Position numbers and translations under genes: made by a program. 42,729 nt of DNA, taken from contig JBILWG010000003.1 in NCBI GenBank assembly GCA_044369995.1, forward strand, positions 1 to 42,729. Reading direction: 5' to 3'. Source of the stretch: Gaiellales bacterium. GTDB taxonomy: Bacteria > Actinomycetota > Thermoleophilia > Gaiellales > F1-60-MAGs149. A model generated the notes under the pieces. That model made no database searches. It had not been told where the DNA came from and saw only the letters and a list, made by a program, of their open reading frames with translations. Of this stretch, positions 26,806 through 34,686 are shown one piece after another (the stretch's first letter is position 1; every line of letters starts with the position of its first letter).

Positions 26806-28023
26806 ATGCCCGCATTCCTTTCCTTCTTCGACGACGACTACGAACTCGACGAGGCTCCCCCGTCGCGTAGCGCGCGCAAGCGTCCCGCGATGCCGGCCAC
26901 GCCCCGGGGCAAGGGGCCGCAGCGCCTGCTCGTGCTGGGCATCGGCGTCCTCATCGTGCTCGTGGCCGGCTACTTCCTCGTGCAGCGCTGCCAGCGCGAC
27001 CGCGAGGTCTCGACGTACCAGGGCTACGTGTCCAAGTCGAACGAGATCGCCAAGGCCTCCGCGACCGTCGGCTCCGAGTTCTCCGCCGCGATCCTGACCG
27101 CGGGCCAGACGCCCGACGGGCTCGACAAGTCGCTCACGCGCGAGATCCAGTCGCAGCAGCAGATCGCGAGGAACGCCGCCGAGCTGAGCGCACCCGATGG
27201 CGTCTCCTCGTACAAGCCGTTCCTGGTGCAGGCGATGCAGTACCGCGTCAGCGGTCTGCAGGGCCTCCAGAAGGCACTCGCCGACGCCTTCAACTCGGCG
27301 GGTACGACCGGCCAGGTGCCGCTCGAGCAGTCAGCTGCCGTGGCGGCCACCTTCCAGCGGCTGATCGCCTCCGACGTGGTCTACTCCGACTCGTACCAGG
27401 ATCCGGTCAAGCAGGTGCTTGCGCAGAAGACGATCAACGCGACGGTCGAGGACTCCCAGTTCGTCGATCCGAAGCTGATCGAGTTCGCCGCGCCGCAGCG
27501 CATGCAGTCGATCCTCAACGCGCTGCTCGGCGGCGTGCCCGTCGATGGCGGCGGCACGGTCGTGACCAGCACCGACGCCGAGGGCAACGTCGTCACGAGC
27601 ACGGAGGGCGCCGTCACCAGCGATACCGGCTCGGGTGTGCTGCACGGGACGACGCTCATCAGCACGCTGTTCAACCCGGGTGGCACGCAGCTCGATCCCG
27701 CCTCCGTCAACGAGGTCGACAGTGCCAACGACATGACGCTCGCCGTGACGGTGCAGAACTCGGGCGACGCCACCGAGGTGTCGATCAAGGTCAATGTCGT
27801 GCTGCGTGCCAAGGGCATGGACGATCGCACGCTGCCGACAGGTGAGATCACGACGCTCGATCCGGGTGCGCAGGGCACCGTCGAGATTCCGTTCGGCCTG
27901 TCCGACATCGTCTTCGATAGCGTCGTCACCGCCAAGGTGACGGTCGAGAAGGTGCCGGGCGAGCAGAACATCGATAACAACATCGGCGTCTACCAGATCC
28001 AGTTCCGCCTGAAGCCCGCCTAG
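26806..28023 (+). CDS. Membrane-anchored protein with helical domain and C-terminal CARDB/Ig-like domain
   Basis: Acidic N-terminus; one TM (LLVLGIGVLIVLVAGYFLV); C-terminal VTVQNSG...E...VPGE.NIDNN. Strong GC3 codon bias. Start uncertain. Confidence 0.7.
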   Translation: MPAFLSFFDDDYELDEAPPSRSARKRPAMPATPRGKGPQRLLVLGIGVLIVLVAGYFLVQRCQRDREVSTYQGYVSKSNEIAKASATVGSEFSAAILTAGQTPDGLDKSLTREIQSQQQIARNAAELSAPDGVSSYKPFLVQAMQYRVSGLQGLQKALADAFNSAGTTGQVPLEQSAAVAATFQRLIASDVVYSDSYQDPVKQVLAQKTINATVEDSQFVDPKLIEFAAPQRMQSILNALLGGVPVDGGGTVVTSTDAEGNVVTSTEGAVTSDTGSGVLHGTTLISTLFNPGGTQLDPASVNEVDSANDMTLAVTVQNSGDATEVSIKVNVVLRAKGMDDRTLPTGEITTLDPGAQGTVEIPFGLSDIVFDSVVTAKVTVEKVPGEQNIDNNIGVYQIQFRLKPA

Positions 28024-28033
28024 GAGTCCCCGC

Positions 28034-28522
28034 GTGACGACGGAGCTGCAGGGCACGGTGGCACTCGCTGTCGCCGGCATCGGCGTGGTGCTGGCGCTCG
28101 TCGCGCTGGTGCTGGCCGTCCGCACGCTGCGCTGGGCCAACCGGCTGCGGCAGGCCGAGCAGGCGCTGCTTGCCGGAGAGCCGGTCGACCTGGTCGAGTT
28201 CGCCGTCGGCATGCAGGCCCGCATGGAGCGCCTCGAGTACGACGAGGCGCGGCTGCGGGACGAGGTGGTCTCCGCACTCGGGTCGCTGGACGTCCTGCTG
28301 CGCCGACGCTCGATCGTCCGCTTCGATGCCAACGAGGACGAAGAGGGGCGCCGGTCGAGCTCGCTGGCCCTGCTCGACCGCCACGGCTCGGGCATCGTGA
28401 TCACGGCCGTCCATGCCGGCAGCGCCACGAGCGTCTTCGTCAAGGACGTCCTGCGCGGCAATGCGGGCTCGCTCGAGCTGACGCCAGAGGAGCAGCGCGC
28501 CGTCCAGCACGCCCTGCGCTGA
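28034..28522 (+). CDS. DUF4446-like membrane-anchored protein
   Basis: AGGAG RBS; N-terminal TM; IVRFDA...GRRSSSLALLD..GSGIVIT...VKDV..G....LTPEE..A. Confidence 0.75.
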   Translation: MTTELQGTVALAVAGIGVVLALVALVLAVRTLRWANRLRQAEQALLAGEPVDLVEFAVGMQARMERLEYDEARLRDEVVSALGSLDVLLRRRSIVRFDANEDEEGRRSSSLALLDRHGSGIVITAVHAGSATSVFVKDVLRGNAGSLELTPEEQRAVQHALR

Positions 28523-28524
28523 CC

Positions 28525-28585
28525 GGGTTCGGAATGGGGGCAGACTCCAAACCGAGCCTCGATCCCCCTACGCGGTGCGGGGTCG
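28525..28585 (+). terminator. Two tandem imperfect hairpins after the DUF4446 gene (possible terminator)
   Basis: gggttcgg-aa-tgggg pairs with ctcca-aa-ccgagcct, followed by cgatccc...ggggtcg. No U tract. Confidence 0.3.
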
Positions 28586-28652
28586 TGTCCCATTGCGGCG
28601 CCGATCGCGACCATCCGGTGAACGACGGGGGTTCGGGGAGTACCCTCGGCGC

Positions 28653-29201
28653 ATGACCGGAACGGTGCTCGTGCTGAACGCGACGTATGAGCCGCTCAAC
28701 GTCACGAGTCTGTGGCGAGCGTGCAGCCTGATCCTGTCGCGCAAGGCCGAGGTGCTGGAGGCCGATCCGGACCGCGCGATCCGCTCGCCCTCCACGACGC
28801 TGCCCCACCCGATCGTGATCCGCCTCGTCTCGTACGTCCGGGTGCCGCACTTCACGTCGCGGCGCATCACCCGCCGTGCGCTGTTCGCCCGCGATGCGCA
28901 CGCCTGCCAGTACTGCGGCAGCCGAGCGCGGCTCACGCTCGACCATGTCGTCCCGCGCTCGCGCGGCGGCGGCTCGTCGTGGGACAACGTCGTCACGGCG
29001 TGCGCGCCCTGCAACCTCCGCAAGAGCGACCGGCTCCCGCACGAGGCGGGCATGCCGCTGCGGCGCCCGCCCCGGCCACCGCATCCCGACCTGTACCTCA
29101 CCCTCGGCACGCGCACGATCCCGGAGAGCTGGCAGCCGTACCTCCCGGCGCGTGCGCTCGCCGTTGCCGCGGCGACGATCGACCTGCCCTTCGCCGCCTG
29201 A
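28653..29201 (+). CDS. HNH endonuclease family protein (McrA-like, conserved bacterial type)
   Basis: VLVLNATYEPL, P.VIRL..YV, RD...CQYCG, TLDHVVPRSRGG..SWDNVVTAC..CN.RK motifs. TACCCT lies 6 nt before the ATG. Confidence 0.92.
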   Translation: MTGTVLVLNATYEPLNVTSLWRACSLILSRKAEVLEADPDRAIRSPSTTLPHPIVIRLVSYVRVPHFTSRRITRRALFARDAHACQYCGSRARLTLDHVVPRSRGGGSSWDNVVTACAPCNLRKSDRLPHEAGMPLRRPPRPPHPDLYLTLGTRTIPESWQPYLPARALAVAAATIDLPFAA

Positions 29202-29247
29202 GCGACGGCCAGCCTCCAGCCCCGTGCTACCGTCGCCGCCAGCGGGT

Positions 29248-30750
29248 ATGAACGAGCCGGAGACCACATCCACGTCGCGCGCAGCGCGTCACCTGGGTCT
29301 GCTGTCGGAGACGGTCGAGGCCGTCACCAGCTCGCTGGATCTGGCCGAGGTCACCGACGCCGTGGCCGTGGCGGTCGCGCGCGCCTTCGGTACCGACGCC
29401 TGCTTCGTCTACGCCTACGACGAGACCACGAATGATCTGGTGCTCCAGGCGGTGCACGGCACGCACGTCGAGGCGACTGCCGGCCCGCCGCGCATGCAGG
29501 TCGGCGAGGGGCTGACCGGCTGGGCGGCCGAGACGCGCGAGCCCGTCTCGATCGCCGCCGACGCGCATCTCGACGTGCGCTTCAAGGAGTTCCCCAACCT
29601 CCCCGAGCGACGCTTCCAGTCGTTGCTCGCCGTGCCGATTCTCGACCGCCGGGAGCGCCTCGCCGGCGCGATGAACGTGCGCACCGTCGAGCCGCGCGAG
29701 TACCACCCCGACGAGATCGAGCTGCTCGAGACGATCGCCCGCCAGGTGGCGCAGGCCATCGAGAACGCCCGCCTCTACGAGCGCTCGCAGCGCCGCGTGG
29801 CCGAGCTGGAGGCCCTCGGCAGCATCTCCCAGGCCGTGGCGGAGTCGCTCTACCTCGAAGAGGCACTGGCGCATATCGCCGAGGCCGCCGCCAAGGCCGC
29901 GCACGCCGAGGTCTGTGCGCTGATCGTCGACGGCCCGGAGGGCACGGCTCTGGCGAGCCGCTCCTCGAGCGAGGGTCCGACGGACGACGAGCTCGTGGCG
30001 CTCTCGGCGACCGCACCGCTCGACGCCGACGGCGTCTTCGCCGTGCCGCTGCTCTGGAAGGCGCGACGGGTGGGTGCGCTCGTGGCGATCACACCGGGCC
30101 GCCGGCCGTTCACCAGCGAGGAGCGGATCCTGCTGCGCTCGGTCGCCAACCAGGCGGCGACCGCCGTCGAGTCGAGCCGTGGCGTGATGCGTGGCATCGT
30201 CGCCCAGGAGATCCACCATCGCGTCAAGAACAACCTGCAGACCGTCGCCTCGCTGCTGCGCCTGCGCGCCAGCGGTGCCGACCCACAGCGGGCCCTCGCC
30301 GACTCGGTGGATCGCATTCTCTCGATCGCCGAGGTGCACGATCTGCTGACGGCCAGCCGCGAGGGCGATGTCGATCTGAGCGATCTGATCCGTCGCGTCT
30401 CCGCCATGCTCGGCCATGGCCTGGGCACGCCAGCCGCTGCGGAGGAGATCGCGCACGTGGAGGTGCCGGGCGACACGGCGACTGCGGTCGCGCTGATCTT
30501 CTCCGAGCTCTACGCGAATGCCCACGAGCACGGTGGCGGCGACGTGCACGTCTCGCTGCGCGAGCAGCAGGGGCGCATCGAGCTGGTGGTCGCCGACACG
30601 GGACCGGGTCTGCCCGTCGGGTTCGCCCCGGAGCAGTCGCTCGGCCTCAAGATCGCACGTGCACTGGCGGCGGACCAGCTGCGCGGCGAGCTCGTGCTCG
30701 AGGACGGCTCTCCCGGTGTCCGCGCGTGTCTGACCTGGAGCCGGGCATGA
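29248..30750 (+). CDS. pdtaS: Soluble GAF-GAF-HisKA_2 sensor histidine kinase (PdtaS/EutW-like)
   Basis: GAF (GEGLTGWAA, SLLAVPI); EIHHRVKNNLQTVASLL; ELYANA.EHG, DTGPG and SLGL.I motifs; no TM. Confidence 0.85.
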   Translation: MNEPETTSTSRAARHLGLLSETVEAVTSSLDLAEVTDAVAVAVARAFGTDACFVYAYDETTNDLVLQAVHGTHVEATAGPPRMQVGEGLTGWAAETREPVSIAADAHLDVRFKEFPNLPERRFQSLLAVPILDRRERLAGAMNVRTVEPREYHPDEIELLETIARQVAQAIENARLYERSQRRVAELEALGSISQAVAESLYLEEALAHIAEAAAKAAHAEVCALIVDGPEGTALASRSSSEGPTDDELVALSATAPLDADGVFAVPLLWKARRVGALVAITPGRRPFTSEERILLRSVANQAATAVESSRGVMRGIVAQEIHHRVKNNLQTVASLLRLRASGADPQRALADSVDRILSIAEVHDLLTASREGDVDLSDLIRRVSAMLGHGLGTPAAAEEIAHVEVPGDTATAVALIFSELYANAHEHGGGDVHVSLREQQGRIELVVADTGPGLPVGFAPEQSLGLKIARALAADQLRGELVLEDGSPGVRACLTWSRA

Positions 30751-31322
30751 GGATCCTGATCGCCGAGGACGAGACGATCATCCGTCTCGACGTCCGGACG
30801 CTGCTCGAGAAGGCGGGGCACGAGGTCGTCGCCGAGGCCCGCGACGGGCAGGAGGCGGTGGCGCTGGCCGAGGAGCACGACCCCGAGCTGATCGTCATGG
30901 ACGTGCGCATGCCGCATCTGGACGGGATCGAGGCGGCGCGTCAGATCACGGACCGCAAGCCGGTGCCGATCGTGATGCTGACGGCGTACGCCGAGCAGGA
31001 CCTCGTCACGCGCGCGTCGGAGGCCGGCGCCTTCGCGTACCTCGTCAAGCCGTTCCGCGAAGTCGACCTCCTGCCAGCACTCGACACGGCGCGCGCCCGC
31101 TTCGAGGAGCTGTCGGCGCTGCGCGACGAGGCGGCCGACCTTGCCGAGGCCCTCGCCTCCCGCAAGGCGGTCGAGCGCGCCAAGGGGATCCTGATGCAGA
31201 AGGACGGCATCGACGAGGCCGAGGCCTTCCGCCGCATCCGGGCCGCGAGCCAGAAGACGGGCCGCACGATGCGCGTCGTGGCCGAGGCGCTGATCGCGAC
31301 GTTCGACGAGGCGGCCGGGTGA
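30747..31322 (+). CDS. pdtaR: ANTAR-domain response regulator (PdtaR/EutV-like)
   Basis: Receiver IAEDETIIRLD..MDVRMP..LTAY..YLVKPF; ANTAR RK.VERAKGILM....E.EAFR.I..SQ...MR.VAE. ATGA overlap with the kinase. Confidence 0.92.
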   Translation: MRILIAEDETIIRLDVRTLLEKAGHEVVAEARDGQEAVALAEEHDPELIVMDVRMPHLDGIEAARQITDRKPVPIVMLTAYAEQDLVTRASEAGAFAYLVKPFREVDLLPALDTARARFEELSALRDEAADLAEALASRKAVERAKGILMQKDGIDEAEAFRRIRAASQKTGRTMRVVAEALIATFDEAAG

Positions 31323-31609
31323 GCGTCTCCCCCGATGTGGTCGAGCGCCGCGGCACCGGCGGGAGCACCGACCTCGGCCCGCCCTGGCGGGTGATCGTCC
31401 TCAACGACGACCACAACACGTTCGAGGGCGTGGCCCGCTCGCTGGCGAACGTGCTCCCCGGTGTGGACTACGCCAAGGGCATGGCCTTCGCCAACCGCAT
31501 CCACAAGTCGGGCCAGGCGATCGTCTGGACGGGACACCAGGAACTGGCCGAGCTCTTCCACGAGCAGCTGAGCGAGCGCGGCCTGACGATGGCGCCGCTC
31601 GAGCAGTAG
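31319..31609 (+). CDS. clpS: ATP-dependent Clp protease adaptor ClpS
   Basis: WRVIVLNDDHNTF..V, IHKSG.AIV.G..E.AE.F..QL...GLT motifs. GTGA overlap with pdtaR. Confidence 0.9.
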   Translation: MSVSPDVVERRGTGGSTDLGPPWRVIVLNDDHNTFEGVARSLANVLPGVDYAKGMAFANRIHKSGQAIVWTGHQELAELFHEQLSERGLTMAPLEQ

Positions 31610-31634
31610 CGCAGCCGCTCGGCGCCGGGTGCGC
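31609..31634. terminator. GC hairpin between convergent genes
   Basis: gcgcagccg...cgggtgcgc; the left arm gcgcagccgctc also occurs at 34605. Confidence 0.4.
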
Positions 31635-31636
31635 GT

Positions 31637-32515
31637 CTAGGTGTAGAGACGCCGCACCAGTTCCTCGGGGGTGGCCAGCCAGGCCCCCAAGCCGCGCAGG
31701 CGGGACAGCAGCTCGTCGTAGATGACGGCCTCCGCCTCGGCATGCTCGCCGGCGAAGCGCTCGACGCGGATGCTCAGCGCGGCGGCGCCACCGACGTCGA
31801 GCAGCGTGGCGAGGCCCGGGTCGGGGGTGTCGCCGAGCAGCGGCAGCTCGATCCACTCGGCGGCGCGCTCGGCAGCGGCGTCGTAGCCGCGCGTGGGGAA
31901 GGCGGTCCCGCGGCGGAAGCCGGGGCGCGCCGCGAGTTGGATGCCCGGCGGTGTGTCGAGGGCGAAGCCGAGCGCGCGAACCTGCGCCTGCTCGGCGGGC
32001 TCGAGCAGATCGATCGAGCGCAGTGCGGACTGCACCTGGTGCGCCCGCTCGACGGCGGCGAGGCGCTCGTACGGCGCCAGCGACGGCTCCTTCGGGCCGC
32101 GCGACAGGCGGCCGCGGAGGCCGCCGCGCTCCTGCTCGAAGGGGCGTGCCTCGTGCACGAGCGCGATCGCGCACGTCGCTCCCTCGGGCCACGGAGGGGT
32201 GATGCGCAGGCGCTCCGCGCGGATCCAGTCGGCCACCTGCGCGCGGACGGGATCGACGGGCGTCGCCCACGGGTCCGCAGGTCCCGCGCCGTTGAGGTGG
32301 CGAAAGGCGAAGGCGAGCGGATCTGCCTCAGCGGCCAACGCGGACTCCCAGGCGGCCGGATCGGCCGGCAGGGCGGCGTTCGGCCACTCGAGCACCACGC
32401 TGCCCGTGCGCACCACCTGCACGCCGCTTGACGCGAGGAGGTCGGTCAGCGTCGCCGAGGCGCGGGCTCCGATCGCGGGCGAGCCGCCGATCGCGAGCTG
32501 CACCGCCTCCTTCAC
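31637..32515 (-). CDS. Degenerate polysaccharide-deacetylase-like protein
   Basis: GTG overlaps the GT2 stop (GTGA). WPEG..CAIALVHE resembles WP.G..FA..LTHDVD; GFRRGTAFP resembles GFR.GT.FP; also ELPL. Confidence 0.5.
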   Translation of the reverse strand: MKEAVQLAIGGSPAIGARASATLTDLLASSGVQVVRTGSVVLEWPNAALPADPAAWESALAAEADPLAFAFRHLNGAGPADPWATPVDPVRAQVADWIRAERLRITPPWPEGATCAIALVHEARPFEQERGGLRGRLSRGPKEPSLAPYERLAAVERAHQVQSALRSIDLLEPAEQAQVRALGFALDTPPGIQLAARPGFRRGTAFPTRGYDAAAERAAEWIELPLLGDTPDPGLATLLDVGGAAALSIRVERFAGEHAEAEAVIYDELLSRLRGLGAWLATPEELVRRLYT

Positions 32516-33480
32516 CGATGCACTCCGTGCGCAGCGTTCCAATCGTCGGCGCTCTCGCGCAGACCCGGACCGGTCGGTCCGTGCAGCGCGTTCTGGACGT
32601 GGAGGCTCAGCTCTGCGCGCGGCAGGCTCGGGGTGAGGCGGCGCAGTGGACCGGGCAGCGTGGGCAGACGCGCCAGACCGCTCAGCGCGGAGTACTGGCC
32701 GGCCAGCGCGAGACGCGCGGCATCGCCACCGGCGCCGGGATGGTGCTTGGCCCAGTAGCGGCGGCGGCTGCGCCAGAACTCGACGATGCGGCGCGAGGGA
32801 TCGGCCGCGGTCGAGGCGCGCACGTGGTGGCGCACCGTGGCGTGCGGCACGACGTGCGTTTGGAACCAGCGGTCGGCCAGGCGCTTCTGCAGGTCGGTCT
32901 CCTCCGAGAACATGTAGAAGCCCTCGTCGAAGGGACCCGTCAGCTCGAGCGCCGATCGGCGCAGCACGAGGGCGCAGCCGCTGGCCCAGTCGACGGCGGC
33001 CGGCGAGCCGGTGACGCGCTGCTCGATACCGGCCTGACCGAGCGTCGCGAGGCTGCGCAGGCAGGTGGCGGGGTCGGGGAAGCGGAAGGACGAGGGCTGG
33101 TGGCGCCCATCGGGATAGCGGATGCTCGGCGCGACGACGGCGGTCTCCGGGTGCGTGTCGAGGTGCGCGACGAGCGCATCGATCGTGCCCGGCTCGACCG
33201 TGGCGTCGTCGTTGAGGACGAAGTGGTACGGCGCAGCGCTGCGCGCGAGCAGGCGGTTGTGGTTGGCACCGAAGCCGTCGCGGAAGTCCTGCGCGACGAG
33301 ATCGACGTCCGGGAAGCGCTCGCGCACCGCCGCGCACGTGCCGTCCTCGGACGCGTTGTCGAGCACGTGCAGCGTGTGCTCGACCGCGGGGCGGCCCGGG
33401 CCGGTCAGTGCCGCCAACGCCTCCAGCAGGAGGTCGCGGTTGCTGTGGGCGACGATGGCGACGGCGAGCTTCGCGCTCAC
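32512..33480 (-). CDS. GT2 glycosyltransferase (WbbL-like)
   Basis: VLDNASEDGT, GFGANHN, LNDDA, VDWASGCAL.LRR and FDE.FYMFSEETDL motifs. Confidence 0.9.
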   Translation of the reverse strand: MSAKLAVAIVAHSNRDLLLEALAALTGPGRPAVEHTLHVLDNASEDGTCAAVRERFPDVDLVAQDFRDGFGANHNRLLARSAAPYHFVLNDDATVEPGTIDALVAHLDTHPETAVVAPSIRYPDGRHQPSSFRFPDPATCLRSLATLGQAGIEQRVTGSPAAVDWASGCALVLRRSALELTGPFDEGFYMFSEETDLQKRLADRWFQTHVVPHATVRHHVRASTAADPSRRIVEFWRSRRRYWAKHHPGAGGDAARLALAGQYSALSGLARLPTLPGPLRRLTPSLPRAELSLHVQNALHGPTGPGLRESADDWNAAHGVHR

Positions 33481-34589
33481 CGCTCGAGACCCCGCTGGCG
33501 CAGCTCCTCCATCGCCTGCTCGACGCGGTCGTCGGCCTCTTGTCCGGCCAACCACTCCGCGAGCTGGCCGAGGCCGGTGCCGACCTCCATCGCCGCGCGG
33601 AAGTCGAGCAGCTCTGCGGCACGGGTGGGATCGCCGATGCAGTGGCGGATGTCGCCGGCGCGGTACTTGCCGACGATCTCGGGCTCGATCGAGAGATCGA
33701 GGCCCTTCGCGAGGCCGTGCGCCACATCGACGACGCTCGAGGGCTGGCCCGTGCAGACGTTGAGGGCGGCGCCATCGGCGTCGGACTCGACCGCCAAGTG
33801 GAAGGCGCGCGCGACGTCGGTGACGTGCACGAAGTCGCGCGTCTGGGCACCATCCTCGAAGGCCACGGGGGCGTGGCCGTTGAGCAGGCGGCTCGCGAAG
33901 ATGGCGGCGACGCCGGTGTAGGGGTTGCCGAGCGCCTGCCGGGGTCCGTAGACGTTGAAGAGGCGCAGTGCGACCGTGGGCACGCCGTAGGCAGCGCCGA
34001 CCGACAGGCACAGCTCCTCGTGATCGCGCTTCGTGACGGCGTAGACGCTCGTCGGCAGCAGCGGCTTGGCCTCGGCGGTGCGCTCGGGCAGCAGGGGGTC
34101 GCCCGTGGCAGTCTCGAGCTCCCAGCGGCGCTCGGCCAGCTGGCTCTCGGGGCGCAGGCCCGGCGCGAGGCCATGCTCGCCGGTGGCGGGGTCGTGGTAC
34201 TGGCCCTCGCCGTAGATCGACATCGACGAGGCGACGACGAGCCGGCGCACGCGGTCGCGGCGCTCCACGAGCTGTTCGAGCAGCGCGGCGCAGCCGACGG
34301 AGTTGACCTCGACGTAGCGGCGGATCTCGTACATCGACTGGCCGACACCCACGGCCGCGGCGAGGTGCACGACGGCATCCACATCGTCCATCGCCGTGCC
34401 GAGCGACTCCTCGTCACGCACGTCGCCGACGATCAGCTCGACGGCCGGATCCAGATAGTCAGGTGCGCCCGTGGGATGGACCTGCGGATCGAGGCTGTCG
34501 TAGGCGCACACCTCGTGCCCGGCGGCCAGCAGCCGATCCGCGAGATGGGAGCCGATGAAGCCGGCTCCGCCTGTGACCAGCACGCGCAT
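33477..34589 (-). CDS. NAD-dependent NDP-sugar epimerase/dehydratase (dTDP-L-rhamnose 4-epimerase WbiB-like)
   Basis: VLVTGGAGFIGSH, HLAA.VGVGQSMY, ASSMSIYGEG, YxxxK (YAVTK), NVYGPRQAL.NPYTGVAAIF and R.GDIRHC motifs. Confidence 0.9.
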   Translation of the reverse strand: MRVLVTGGAGFIGSHLADRLLAAGHEVCAYDSLDPQVHPTGAPDYLDPAVELIVGDVRDEESLGTAMDDVDAVVHLAAAVGVGQSMYEIRRYVEVNSVGCAALLEQLVERRDRVRRLVVASSMSIYGEGQYHDPATGEHGLAPGLRPESQLAERRWELETATGDPLLPERTAEAKPLLPTSVYAVTKRDHEELCLSVGAAYGVPTVALRLFNVYGPRQALGNPYTGVAAIFASRLLNGHAPVAFEDGAQTRDFVHVTDVARAFHLAVESDADGAALNVCTGQPSSVVDVAHGLAKGLDLSIEPEIVGKYRAGDIRHCIGDPTRAAELLDFRAAMEVGTGLGQLAEWLAGQEADDRVEQAMEELRQRGLER

Positions 34590-34603
34590 AGGCGCATGGT
34601 ACG

Positions 34604-34686
34604 GGCGCAGCCGCTCCGCGTGCACCACCACGCGGCCCTGCGGGATCCCGCCCGTCTCACCGGCTGCGCCGGCAGAACGGCTAGCG
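34604..34686 (-). repeat. Branched palindrome plus post-stop motif (copy 3)
   Basis: Perfect 10-bp ggcgcagccg 34604-34613 / cggctgcgcc 34661-34670 encloses ccgcgtg/cacgcgg and gcggg/cccgc. ggcagaacggctagcg lies at 34671-34686. Confidence 0.55.

Noticed and set aside
28525-28585. Tandem hairpins as an ANTAR-binding dual stem-loop
   Set aside because: The loops are not hexaloops with A1/G4, and they lie upstream of the HNH gene's leaderless promoter, so they would not be in that transcript.
28653-29201. HNH gene as a mobile element, defence system or Cas9/IscB-like nuclease
   Set aside because: It is the short, widespread LNA.YEPL-type HNH protein with host-like codon usage; no RuvC, array, methylase or element ends are nearby.
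31637-34417. 926-aa ORF suggesting a large protein or frameshift fusion
   Set aside because: Its first ~630 codons overlap the epimerase and GT2 in another frame; only 32515-31637 looks like real coding sequence.
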